A DNA stretch of 62,468 nt. Origin: an uncultured Acidimicrobiales bacterium. Its GTDB lineage: Bacteria > Actinomycetota > Acidimicrobiia > Acidimicrobiales > Poriferisodalaceae. The DNA lies in assembly GCA_905477545.1 (NCBI GenBank), contig CAJQGN010000002.1, positions 1 through 62,468 on the forward strand. The letters run 5' to 3'. This document shows, piece by piece, positions 9,552 through 18,638 of this stretch. Positions within the stretch are counted from its first letter, which is position 1. The number at the start of each line of letters is the position of its first letter. Made by a program: the position numbers and the translations under genes. The notes under the pieces are model-generated. The model had not been told where the DNA came from. It searched no databases and saw only the letters and a program-made list of their open reading frames with translations.

Positions 9552-11309
9552 TTATGGTAAGTCACCATCATCTATAACAATCGCTCCGGGAAAAGCATCT
9601 TGGAATCTATCTACGGATGTTCGATTATCGGGCGGTGCATCTTCTAATTCAGCACGGATATTGTCATCTATTTGATCAATGATATTTTCGCTTGGGGCTA
9701 CTTTTTCGCTCTCATTAAAGTCATTTTCTTGAGAAGACTCTAATGACAACAAAATTGAAGTACCGACTACCTTGGACAACGCCAATTCAACCTCAGTTTT
9801 TAGCTGTTCACAGCGGTCACGATGCACAGGATTTGGAAGGGCAAAAATAACTGTTTGCCCCTCGACTCCTACAAGTCGAGATGCTTGAAAACGTGCTCGA
9901 ACTTTAGGCGCTAGTACCGGTAAAACTTCTTTTGTCCAAATTTGATCTATCTGAGAGTAGGACACAGCAACATCCTCGCCTACCGGAGACACATCATCGG
10001 CAAACTCTTCTTCAAGCGCTTCAGACTTGCTTTGTTGCTCTGGCGGGTGAGTAGCAATTTCTGACTGAACAACTGGCGGGGGCGGGATTGGGGTGAGAGG
10101 CGCTGCAACCGGCGTCTCCGCTTTTTGGGAGGCAGATTTTGCGTTAGTAATTGCTTCGCGAGCTGCCGATGCACCTTTTCGATCCAAGTCGAAATTTGCT
10201 ACTTCCCCAGCAGTATTTGGGATTTTGTTACTCTCAGATCCAGTAGTCGTAACTAATTGCGTTGCCTCAACATGGCTTCCTAGGAGGCGGACCAGTGACA
10301 CATCTAAAATTATTCTGGGGTCAGACGCATTTCGCATATCAACTAAAGCACTACCGATAACTTCGAGCGCTTGAACGTTCAGCGCCCGTCCCATCGACTT
10401 GGCTAACTCGCGTAATGCTTGAGCTTCATCATCGAATATTTGCGTCGGGGTTACTCCTGCGCCTATCAAAAACATATCTCGAAGACTTCGAGCAGTTCTT
10501 TCAGAAAAATCTCTCGGTTCCACTCCTCCAGCTGTTGCTGACGCAACGGCGCTCATCGCCGCTACTAAGTCCCTATCGGCAATCGCTCTTAGTAACTCCG
10601 TAACTGAAACTCGCTCTTCCGGAATCCCCCCGGCTGCAACTACCTGATCAAGAGCAGACAATGTGTCTCGCACAGAACCCATGCCACGGTTAACAACGTA
10701 ATTAACAATTTCATCAGAGATATCAATCTCCGATCTTTCGGCGATGTTTCTGACGTGCATCGAGAGTAAATCCACGTTGATTAGTGATAACTCAACGTGT
10801 TGGGTTCGGCTCCTAATTGTGGGTAAAACTTTTTGAGGATCTGTTGTTGCCAAAATGAAGACCACGTGACTCGGTGGTTCTTCTAGTGTTTTAAGCAAGG
10901 CATTCGATGCAGCAGTGGAAAGCATGTGAACTTCATCAAGGAGATAAACTTTGCGCCGGCCTGGGCTTCCCAAAGCGGCATTTGAGGTAATCTCTCGAAC
11001 ATTTTCGACTCGATTATTTGACGCAGCATCTAACTCGATTAAGTCCATAGAGCTGCCATTCTCTATTGAAACGCAGCTATCGCAATGACCGCAAGGCTCT
11101 CCAGCGTCTAGCTGTTCGCAGTTGAGAGCTTTCGCCAATATCCTTGCTGTAGATGTTTTCCCTGTTCCGCGAGGGCCACTTAATAAATAGGCATGCCCTA
11201 CGCGATCTTCAACAATCGCGTTTTTTAACGCGTTGACTAAATGTTCCTGCCCCACAACTTCGTTAAAGGTTTGGGGACGAAAACGTCTATAGAGCGACTG
11301 AAAGACCAT
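9552..11309 (-). CDS. dnaX: DNA polymerase III subunit gamma/tau
   Basis: 585 aa. Walker A GPRGTGKTS, Walker B LLDEVHMLS, Zn module CEQLDAGEPCGHCDSC. Confidence 0.92.
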   Translation of the reverse strand: MVFQSLYRRFRPQTFNEVVGQEHLVNALKNAIVEDRVGHAYLLSGPRGTGKTSTARILAKALNCEQLDAGEPCGHCDSCVSIENGSSMDLIELDAASNNRVENVREITSNAALGSPGRRKVYLLDEVHMLSTAASNALLKTLEEPPSHVVFILATTDPQKVLPTIRSRTQHVELSLINVDLLSMHVRNIAERSEIDISDEIVNYVVNRGMGSVRDTLSALDQVVAAGGIPEERVSVTELLRAIADRDLVAAMSAVASATAGGVEPRDFSERTARSLRDMFLIGAGVTPTQIFDDEAQALRELAKSMGRALNVQALEVIGSALVDMRNASDPRIILDVSLVRLLGSHVEATQLVTTTGSESNKIPNTAGEVANFDLDRKGASAAREAITNAKSASQKAETPVAAPLTPIPPPPVVQSEIATHPPEQQSKSEALEEEFADDVSPVGEDVAVSYSQIDQIWTKEVLPVLAPKVRARFQASRLVGVEGQTVIFALPNPVHRDRCEQLKTEVELALSKVVGTSILLSLESSQENDFNESEKVAPSENIIDQIDDNIRAELEDAPPDNRTSVDRFQDAFPGAIVIDDGDLP

Positions 11310-11365
11310 TAGAACTCGATACTACTTGTGTGTTGTCCTTGCGAGGGGCCAGTACGCTAAACAAC

Positions 11366-11499
11366 AATCATCAATCCACGTGGCGACCGGGTCCTGTGCA
11401 ACAGTGAACTGTGAACCGAGTCAGGGCCGGAAGGCAGCAGCTCTCAGCAGACTTCTCTGTGTGCCGCAGATAACCTGGTCGCCTCGTGGGTTGATGATT
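11366..11499 (+). ncRNA. ffs: signal recognition particle RNA (small bacterial SRP RNA)
   Basis: The plus strand carries the domain-IV core CAGGGCC-GGAA-GGCAGCAGC (GNRA tetraloop flanked by the conserved AGG/AGCA loop residues). It is closed by a long terminal helix: 5' aatcatcaatccacgtggcgaccgggt pairs with 3' acctggtcgcctcgtgggttgatgatt. Ends are approximate. Confidence 0.75.
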
Positions 11500-11501
11500 T
11501 T

Positions 11502-11593
11502 GGAGAGTTGCCAGAGCGGACGAATGGGCTCGCTTGGAAAGCGTGTGAGGTCTTAACGGGTCTCCGTGGGTTCGAATCCCACACTCTCCGCCA
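11502..11593 (+). tRNA. tRNA-Ser (anticodon GGA), long variable arm, CCA encoded
   Basis: Hand-folded 92-nt cloverleaf. Acceptor GGAGAGT/ACTCTCC, anticodon loop TT-GGA-AA (one T:T mismatch in the stem), T-arm GTGGG-TTCGAAT-CCCAC. Confidence 0.9.
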
Positions 11594-11633
11594 AGTGGTC
11601 GCTTAATTAAACAGACATTGCTACGTTAGCTAC

Positions 11634-12080
11634 ATGAATGACACTCAGGCAATGCAATTAGCCATTGAAGAGTCTTTGTTAGCTATTGAGCATGAAGACG
11701 TGCCCGTTGGAGCATTAGTGCTGGTCGACGGCCAGATTATCGCAAAGCGTCATAATGAACGTCAACTCACCGGCGACCCAACTGCACACGCTGAAATCTT
11801 AGCCCTTCGCGACGCCGCCGCACTTCGCGGTGGCTGGCGGCTACAAGATTCAACTCTCGTTGTGACTTTGGAGCCTTGCGCTATGTGTGCTGGTGCCGCT
11901 ATTAATGCTCGAGTTGGTCGTGTGGTTTTTGGCGCATATGACCCAAAAGCAGGTGCAGCCGGCACTCTGTATAATCTTCTAGTCGATCCACGTCTCAACC
12001 ACCAGTGTGAGGTCACGGGCGGTGTTCTGGCTGAAAAGTGCGGTAAAGTGGTGACCGACTTTTTCTCTGAGCGACGATAA
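11634..12080 (+). CDS. tadA: tRNA adenosine(34) deaminase
   Basis: 148 aa with deaminase zinc motifs HAEILALR and PCAMCAGA. Confidence 0.9.
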   Translation: MNDTQAMQLAIEESLLAIEHEDVPVGALVLVDGQIIAKRHNERQLTGDPTAHAEILALRDAAALRGGWRLQDSTLVVTLEPCAMCAGAAINARVGRVVFGAYDPKAGAAGTLYNLLVDPRLNHQCEVTGGVLAEKCGKVVTDFFSERR

Positions 12081-12101
12081 TAGTCTGCTGGTTCTGCAGC
12101 T

Positions 12102-12125
12102 GTTGCGGGGCTTTCGCCCAGCAAC
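12102..12125. terminator. possible bidirectional hairpin between tadA and tRNA-Ser(CGA)
   Basis: Imperfect stem gttgc-g-ggg-c / g-ccc-a-gcaac with a tttc loop and no clear U-tract. Confidence 0.25.
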
Positions 12126-12132
12126 AACCACG

Positions 12133-12222
12133 TGGCGGAAGGCATGGGATTCGAACCCACGGTGACCCTAAGGCCACAACGGCTTTCGAGGCCGCCCCAT
12201 TCGTCCGCTCTGGCAACCTTCC
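12133..12222 (-). tRNA. tRNA-Ser (anticodon CGA), long variable arm, CCA encoded
   Basis: The reverse complement folds as a 90-nt cloverleaf. Acceptor GGAAGGT, anticodon stem GCGGC/GCCGT with loop CT-CGA-AA, T-arm GTGGG-TTCGAAT-CCCAT. Confidence 0.9.
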
Positions 12223-12309
12223 ACTGATGACTCTAGCGAGATTGAAGCAAAGCCGAACAAGATCTATTCCACAATCTTGCACTAGCTGCAGTACCTTACG
12301 CCTAGCCTC

Positions 12310-14160
12310 ATGGTTATGCAGCCAATGCACCCCCACGCCTTGCTCAGAAATCCGAACGCGCCTGAACCGTCAGGCATAAGCCGCATTGGGGCTAAACGGA
12401 TTTGGCTTTTCGCAGCACCTTATAAATGGATGATTAGCCTATTCATCAGTGCGATAACCATTCAAGCTCTGCTTCAACTAGTTCCTAGAATTCTCTTTGG
12501 ACGTATTATTGACGACGGAATAATTCCTGGTAATCAAAAATTAGTCACAACTCTTGCACTATTGACAGTCGCTGCAGCATTGATTGAAGCACTTTTCGCG
12601 TTAGTTGAACGTTGGTTGTCCGCACAAGTCGGCGAGGGTCTTATCCACGATCTTCGAGCAACACTCTTTGATCATGTACAACGAATGCCGCTCGCTTTTT
12701 TTACCCATACCCAGACTGGGACGCTTGTTTCGCGACTAAACAATGACGTTATCGGGGCTCAAAGAGCTGTGACTGGAACATTGGGGACAATTCTTTCTAA
12801 CTTAATCGTGGCGGTCAGCACATTGGTAACGATGTTTATATTGGAATGGCGACTAACGTTTTTAGCTCTCCTGCTACTTCCTCTCTTTATTTGGCCAGCG
12901 AAACGAGTTGGTAAAAAACTATCTGATATCGCGCGCGAGCAGATGGACAGAAATGCTGAAATGAACTCAACGATGACTGAAAGATTTTCAGTATCAGGAG
13001 CTCAGCTCGTAAAACTTTTTGGCAATCACGATCGGGAGGCAACAACTTTTCGACACCGTGCAGCAGCAGTTAGAGATCTAGGAATTCGAAGCGCTATGTA
13101 TGGACGAGCTTTTATGCTGTCCCTGGGGTTAGTTGGGGCACTTGGCACCGCGTTGATCTATCTTGTCGGTGGCAATTACGCGATAAACGGAGATTTATCA
13201 ACAGGAGAACTGGTTACGTTCGCAGCTCTCGTTCCTCTTATTTACCAGCCGTTAACAGCTTTAACTGGTGCTCGAGTCGACATTATGACAGCTCTAGTAA
13301 GCTTTGAACGCGTATTCGAAGTGCTTGATACTCCGCACGGGATAAGAGACTCCAAAGAGGCCTTGGATATCGACAAAGTTACAGGCGAAGTCAAATTTGA
13401 GTCCGTTCATTTCGCGTACCCGACTTCTGACGCCGCATCAGTATCTCTAGGTGGAAACGGCAGCGGAAACGAACTTGGAGATGAAGTGCTTAATGACATT
13501 TCATTAACTCTTTTACCAGGGACTATGACAGCGCTTGTCGGCCCTTCTGGGGCTGGTAAAAGTACATTGGCTTCGTTGTTGCCTCGACTCTACGACGTTA
13601 GCTCAGGATCGATAAAAATCGACAACAGGGATCTCAGATTTATTACTCAAGAATCACTTCGAAGAAATGTTGGAGTTGTGACTCAAGATCCTCACCTGTT
13701 TCATGAAAGCGTGGCAGCTAATCTCCGATATAGCGACCCATCGGCATCACCACTGCAGATGGAAGAAGCATGCCGTTCTGCTCAAATCCATGACGTCATA
13801 GCTGCTCTGCCGGACGGATATGAAACTGTCGTGGGCGAACGCGGCTATCGACTATCAGGCGGTGAAAAACAAAGACTCGCTATCGCTCGGGTTCTACTAA
13901 AAAACCCGTCAATCGTGATTTTAGATGAAGCGACGAGCCACCTCGATGCCGAAAATGAACTCCTCGTGCAAAAAGCGCTTGACAAAGCCCTCTCAGGACG
14001 AACCTCTCTAGTAATTGCCCATCGTCTCTCCACGGTGCGTAATGCCGATTTAATTGTTGTTATTGATGATGGCTCTGTGGTCGAAAAAGGTCAACACAGT
14101 GATCTAATCAGCACCGGTGGCCTATATGCAGATTTCCATCAGACTCTTTCGGGAAATTAA
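12310..14160 (+). CDS. ABC exporter, fused permease/ATPase (MsbA/multidrug type)
   Basis: 616 aa. Six-TM N-terminal half, then Walker A GPSGAGKST, signature LSGGEKQR and Walker B IVILDEATS. Confidence 0.9.
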   Translation: MVMQPMHPHALLRNPNAPEPSGISRIGAKRIWLFAAPYKWMISLFISAITIQALLQLVPRILFGRIIDDGIIPGNQKLVTTLALLTVAAALIEALFALVERWLSAQVGEGLIHDLRATLFDHVQRMPLAFFTHTQTGTLVSRLNNDVIGAQRAVTGTLGTILSNLIVAVSTLVTMFILEWRLTFLALLLLPLFIWPAKRVGKKLSDIAREQMDRNAEMNSTMTERFSVSGAQLVKLFGNHDREATTFRHRAAAVRDLGIRSAMYGRAFMLSLGLVGALGTALIYLVGGNYAINGDLSTGELVTFAALVPLIYQPLTALTGARVDIMTALVSFERVFEVLDTPHGIRDSKEALDIDKVTGEVKFESVHFAYPTSDAASVSLGGNGSGNELGDEVLNDISLTLLPGTMTALVGPSGAGKSTLASLLPRLYDVSSGSIKIDNRDLRFITQESLRRNVGVVTQDPHLFHESVAANLRYSDPSASPLQMEEACRSAQIHDVIAALPDGYETVVGERGYRLSGGEKQRLAIARVLLKNPSIVILDEATSHLDAENELLVQKALDKALSGRTSLVIAHRLSTVRNADLIVVIDDGSVVEKGQHSDLISTGGLYADFHQTLSGN

Positions 14161-14163
14161 CGA

Positions 14164-15408
14164 ATGGCAGCATTAACTTGGACCGTTGACGAACTCTGTA
14201 CGTCTATTTCAGTAGGGCTTCAGAACGTTTTCCCAGAAGAAATCTGGCTCAGGGGACAAATCGTTGGGTTAACACGCTCACAAGCTGGGCACCTATATTT
14301 TGATTTGATTGAGCCAGAAGCAACGAATCGTAAAGCCAACAGCAAAATGTCGATCGTTGCGTTTAAGGGCCAACTGAACGGTATTGAATCAGTTCTAAAG
14401 AAGTTAGGAAACCTTACTCTTGAGGATGGAATTGAGGTACGTATTCGAGGACGTGTCAGCTACTACGCGCCGCAAGGCCGAATCCAATTCATCATGTCCG
14501 CAGTCGATCCTCAGTATACCCTCGGACACTTGGCAGCAGAAAGAGATCAGGTTCTTCGAACCCTGGCATCTGAAGGTCTATTAGAGCTTAATAAGAGCCT
14601 TACTCTTCCATTGCTTCCGCTTCGGATCGGCTTGGTCACCTCAGATGGCAGCGCAGCATATAACGACTTTACTAATGAGCTTCTTACTAGCCGCTACCCT
14701 TTTCAAATTTTTCTCGTTGATGCGAGAGTCCAGGGGTCAGAGGCTGAATCAGCAATAGTTAATGCCCTTAAAACCATTGCTCATGCGGAAGTTGATGTCA
14801 TTGCTGTGGTGCGAGGCGGGGGTGCCAAAACTGATCTACTTGCCTTTGATCTCGAAAGTGTAGCCAGAGCTGTTGCTAACTGCCCTAAACCAGTTTTTGC
14901 GGGAATAGGGCACGAGATTGATCGCTCAATAACTGATGAGGTTGCTCACACTTCAGTGAAAACTCCCACAGCATGTGCAGTAGCCCTTATCGAACAAGTT
15001 GGCAATTTTGAGGTTTTTCTTGACCGCTTAAGCTCCTCTATAGCTAACAAAGCTCAACAACGCCTTGCTCGGGCTAATGAAACGCTCGAGAACAGCGGTA
15101 GTCAAATTGCGAAGGCCCGAACAGTTATACATTCGCAAGATGTTCGGTTAGCTGAATTCTCAACCGATCTAACCCGATTTTCTAATCGCGCATTAGAACA
15201 AGCCAGAAAACGAGTTCAAGCCGCCGCTGATCTTCAACGAGCTTTCCATCCTCTTCAAGTTCTTCGTCGCGGTTTCTCAATCACACGTGACCAAAATGGC
15301 TTAATTCTGACGGATGAGGCACCTCTCGGTACTCAAATCATCACCGAAACTTTTGGTGCCACAATTTCAAGTCAAGTTATAACAAGTTCTCGAAAGGAGA
15401 CCCAGTGA
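14164..15408 (+). CDS. xseA: exodeoxyribonuclease VII large subunit
   Basis: 414 aa with an N-terminal OB-fold region and VRGGGAKTDLLAFD. It overlaps xseB by 4 nt. Confidence 0.9.
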   Translation: MAALTWTVDELCTSISVGLQNVFPEEIWLRGQIVGLTRSQAGHLYFDLIEPEATNRKANSKMSIVAFKGQLNGIESVLKKLGNLTLEDGIEVRIRGRVSYYAPQGRIQFIMSAVDPQYTLGHLAAERDQVLRTLASEGLLELNKSLTLPLLPLRIGLVTSDGSAAYNDFTNELLTSRYPFQIFLVDARVQGSEAESAIVNALKTIAHAEVDVIAVVRGGGAKTDLLAFDLESVARAVANCPKPVFAGIGHEIDRSITDEVAHTSVKTPTACAVALIEQVGNFEVFLDRLSSSIANKAQQRLARANETLENSGSQIAKARTVIHSQDVRLAEFSTDLTRFSNRALEQARKRVQAAADLQRAFHPLQVLRRGFSITRDQNGLILTDEAPLGTQIITETFGATISSQVITSSRKETQ

Positions 15409-15602
15409 CAAAAAATGAACAAAGTTATGTCAGCGCTATTTCAGAAATCGAAGAAATCCTACGCTCACTCGATACAGAAAACGTTGATATTGATCGACTT
15501 GCAACCGATGTGCAAAAGGCCGCAGAACTAATCGCTTTTTGCCGAGATCGGCTAGCTTCTACACAAACAGAAGTAGAGCGCATTGTCTCCTCATTTGACT
15601 AA
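15405..15602 (+). CDS. xseB: exodeoxyribonuclease VII small subunit
   Basis: 65-aa helical ORF, translationally coupled to xseA. Confidence 0.85.
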   Translation: MTKNEQSYVSAISEIEEILRSLDTENVDIDRLATDVQKAAELIAFCRDRLASTQTEVERIVSSFD

Positions 15603-15609
15603 AAATAGC

Positions 15610-15647
15610 GTGGGCCGAGGGAGTCGGTGGGAGCTCCCTCGGCCCAC
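15610..15647 (+). terminator. strong GC hairpin downstream of xseB
   Basis: Perfect 14-bp stem gtgggccgagggag / ctccctcggcccac with a 10-nt loop, starting 8 nt after the xseB stop. There is no U-tract. Confidence 0.5.
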
Positions 15648-15816
15648 TAGGCGCGCACAAGTTGGTGGGAAACTCATGGCGCACGTCTCAGCGCAACCAG
15701 ACAGTTGAACCGAGAAACGATGACTAAAATTTAAGAGTTACTCTGTAATAATATGAACTTGCCCCACTTGATCACTTTAGAAATTACATGCAAAACAACC
15801 TCTTTGGTAAACGCAT

Positions 15817-17736
15817 ATGATAAATAACAGGAAAATTATTACTGCTCCCTTCGGGACCTGGGACTCTCCATTAAGCGCAGAAGACTTAGCAGTTTCTTCT
15901 GTACGATTAGCTGAACCGCGGGTCTTCAAAGATCAAATTTTTTGGGCAGAAGGAAGACCAACAGAATCAGGAAGAACCGCAATAGTTCATTACGTAAATG
16001 GCCGGGCATCTGATTTAGGGCCCCCTCAGGCAAATGTAAGATCTCTGGTTCACGAATATGGTGGAGGGGCATGGATACCAACAAAGCTTGGAGTAATCGG
16101 TGCGTTATTCGATGACCAGCGCCTGTACCATTTTTCGAATAGTGGTTTGAGTCCTTTAACTATAGAACCAAGTATTAACCGCAGTTATAGATACGCTGAT
16201 CCATGCTTACTACCTGATGAGGTTTCGACTATTTGGGTTTTTGAGGATCACGATCACAAGGGTTTTGAACCGACCAATTCACTCATCTTAGTTGACTCAG
16301 ATGGATCGTTTAAAAGAATTGCTGAAGGCCACGATTTCTATTCATCACCCGTCTGCAGCCCAAATGGAAATCAAATTGCATACATTGCTTGGGATCATCC
16401 ATCAATGCCATGGGATAGGACGTTTTTACGAGTAATTGATCTCGAAAAAAATGAAGTTGTAAATGACCAGATCGTGCTAGAGGGGTTTGCTTTTCAGCAA
16501 CCGCGCTGGAGTCCAACAGGTCAGTTGCATGTAATAAGCGATGAGACCGGATTTTGGAACATTCACAGTGTCAATGTCAATGACAGAAGTTCTACTCCCA
16601 TAATTGATTGTTCGGGCGAATTCGGTGTTCCAGGCTGGGTTTTTGCCCAATGCACGTATCAGTGGAGCAACGACAATATTTGGTGTAGCTGGGTAGACCA
16701 TGGCATTGGTCACATAGGTTTCATTGAAGAGAAAAAACTGAATGAGTTAGAAACAGACTTTACTGAATTCGGACGACTTGATGTTTTGTCTGATGGTCGG
16801 GTGGTGACAGTTGCCGCAAGTTGGACGGCGCCTTCAGCACTCGTTGTAATAAGTAAAGACGGCACGACCGAAATATTAAATAATCAGACGCCCCCAATTT
16901 TAAACGCCAACAATATCTCGCAGCCAAAACCTATTTCATTTACTTCTGGTGACAATCTAGAAGCTCACGCCTTTTATTTTGAACCCAAAAACGAACATTT
17001 TGAATCGTTAAATGAACTGCCACCTCTAATTGTTTTAAGTCATGGTGGCCCAACCAGCAGTGCCCGTTCTTCATTTGATCCTGCCGTTCAGTTCTGGACT
17101 AATCGAGGTTTTGCTGTTGTTGATGTCAACTACGGAGGAAGCACAGGTTTTGGGACTGAGTACAGAAATCGTCTAAACGGCAACTGGGGTATTACCGATA
17201 CGCAAGATTGTGTCGAAGCTGCTAAATATCTTGCAGAAAATGGACTCGCCGATAGAGACCGATTAATCATCAAGGGGGGGTCGGCTGGCGGATACACAAC
17301 ACTTTGCGCGCTTACTTGGCACAATATTTTTGCAGCCGGCATTAGCAGATACGGAGTCGCTGATCTAGAGACTTTAGCCAGAGACACTCACAAATTTGAA
17401 TCAAAGTATCTTGACTCTCTGATTGGTCCATGGCCCGAGGAATCAGGCATTTATATAGAACGTTCACCCATTCATCACACACATTTGTTGTCTACACCAA
17501 TGATTATTTTACAAGGGACTGAAGATGCCGTTGTACCGCCATCCCAAGCAGAGTCTCTTGTAAGGTCCTTAGCTTCAGCAAATATTCCCCATTCATATTT
17601 ACTTTTCGAGGGAGAGGGTCATGGATTTAGACAAGCTGAGAATATTGCTACAGCCTTAGAGTCTGAGCTCTCTTTCCTTGGTCAAATTCTTGGATTCGAG
17701 CCAGCTACATCCAAAACACACGTAGAAATTAAGTAG
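15817..17736 (+). CDS. S9-family serine peptidase (prolyl oligopeptidase/dipeptidyl aminopeptidase-like)
   Basis: 639 aa. N-terminal beta-propeller-like region, then an alpha/beta hydrolase with nucleophile elbow GGSAGGY and C-terminal EGEGHGF. Confidence 0.85.
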   Translation: MINNRKIITAPFGTWDSPLSAEDLAVSSVRLAEPRVFKDQIFWAEGRPTESGRTAIVHYVNGRASDLGPPQANVRSLVHEYGGGAWIPTKLGVIGALFDDQRLYHFSNSGLSPLTIEPSINRSYRYADPCLLPDEVSTIWVFEDHDHKGFEPTNSLILVDSDGSFKRIAEGHDFYSSPVCSPNGNQIAYIAWDHPSMPWDRTFLRVIDLEKNEVVNDQIVLEGFAFQQPRWSPTGQLHVISDETGFWNIHSVNVNDRSSTPIIDCSGEFGVPGWVFAQCTYQWSNDNIWCSWVDHGIGHIGFIEEKKLNELETDFTEFGRLDVLSDGRVVTVAASWTAPSALVVISKDGTTEILNNQTPPILNANNISQPKPISFTSGDNLEAHAFYFEPKNEHFESLNELPPLIVLSHGGPTSSARSSFDPAVQFWTNRGFAVVDVNYGGSTGFGTEYRNRLNGNWGITDTQDCVEAAKYLAENGLADRDRLIIKGGSAGGYTTLCALTWHNIFAAGISRYGVADLETLARDTHKFESKYLDSLIGPWPEESGIYIERSPIHHTHLLSTPMIILQGTEDAVVPPSQAESLVRSLASANIPHSYLLFEGEGHGFRQAENIATALESELSFLGQILGFEPATSKTHVEIK

Positions 17737-17900
17737 CAAAAGAATTACTAGATTTTGGCGATGGTCACTATCGGAAGCCATTGATCACAAATAGCTACAC
17801 AGAATTCCATCACTGAAAGTTATTCTCGTTTCAGTTTTTAAAATAACGAGAGAGCACCACTTGCGCTGCTGATTAGCGAAGCACCGCTAGCTTTAAGTAC

Positions 17901-18638
17901 GTGTACGAATTTGTTCGCCAACCAAAGTGGATAATTGCTCATTTGCTCACTGGCTTACTACTAACGGTTTTTATTTTCGCCGGCTTCTGGCAGCTTGACC
18001 GTCACGACAAGCGCGTGAAGTTGAACAACACAATTGCGACTCAAATAGAAAGTAAGACTCTTCCGCTGGAAGCTTTTAGCGCTACGGAAGCAAAAAGTCT
18101 CGAATATCGTATCTTCCAGGGCCAGGGCTCATGGATACCAGAGGACGCCGTTTTAATTCGGAATCGGAGTTACCAGGAACTAAGTGGTTGCCACCTGGCA
18201 GTTCCAGTAATGGTTCAACCACAAGAAGCCATCATTGTAATCGTTGGTTGGCTGCAAGACACAGAATGTGTTTCTCCCAATTCATTTGTTCCAGAGGGCG
18301 AAGTTACCTTGACCGCCCGAGCCAGACTTACTCAAAAACGAGGTGCCATTGGGCCAAAAGATGCCGAAAATGGTCGACTCGAAAGTTTGGCCCGAGTTGA
18401 CGTTGCTCGTATTGATAAACAGACCTCCATTAATCTAGCGCCGCACTATTTAGAGCTCATAAACGCAGAGCCCACTGTGAAAAATGTATTTTCTGTAGAC
18501 CCACCATCGACTAATAATGGGCCACATCTCGCATACGCCATCCAATGGTTGTTATTTTTCGGAGTAGGTGTTGTTGGATATCCACTGTTTCTTCGAAGAC
18601 AAGCGATTCATGGTGAAAGCGAATCATTAGATAGTTAA
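17901..18638 (+). CDS. SURF1-family cytochrome oxidase assembly protein
   Basis: 245 aa with a GTG start. TM helices at both ends and C-terminal PHLAYAIQW typical of SURF1/Shy1. Confidence 0.75.
   Translation: MYEFVRQPKWIIAHLLTGLLLTVFIFAGFWQLDRHDKRVKLNNTIATQIESKTLPLEAFSATEAKSLEYRIFQGQGSWIPEDAVLIRNRSYQELSGCHLAVPVMVQPQEAIIVIVGWLQDTECVSPNSFVPEGEVTLTARARLTQKRGAIGPKDAENGRLESLARVDVARIDKQTSINLAPHYLELINAEPTVKNVFSVDPPSTNNGPHLAYAIQWLLFFGVGVVGYPLFLRRQAIHGESESLDS

Noticed and set aside
10115-10135. Possible dnaX programmed frameshift site (CCC-AAA-AAG-like run in the linker region)
   Set aside because: Only five A residues are present (c caa aaa g in the zero frame), not the A-AAA-AAG heptamer. I saw no obvious downstream stem-loop, and the shifted frame does not terminate promptly as in E. 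coli gamma.
11326-11556. 76-aa plus-strand ORF in the dnaX-tadA spacer
   Set aside because: It is entirely covered by the SRP RNA and the 5' half of tRNA-Ser(GGA). It is an artefact of structured GC-rich RNA genes.
11762-12336. 132-aa and 107-aa minus-strand ORFs
   Set aside because: They run antisense to tadA, which has clear deaminase motifs, and they run through tRNA-Ser(CGA). They have Arg/Ser/Pro-rich antisense-type composition.
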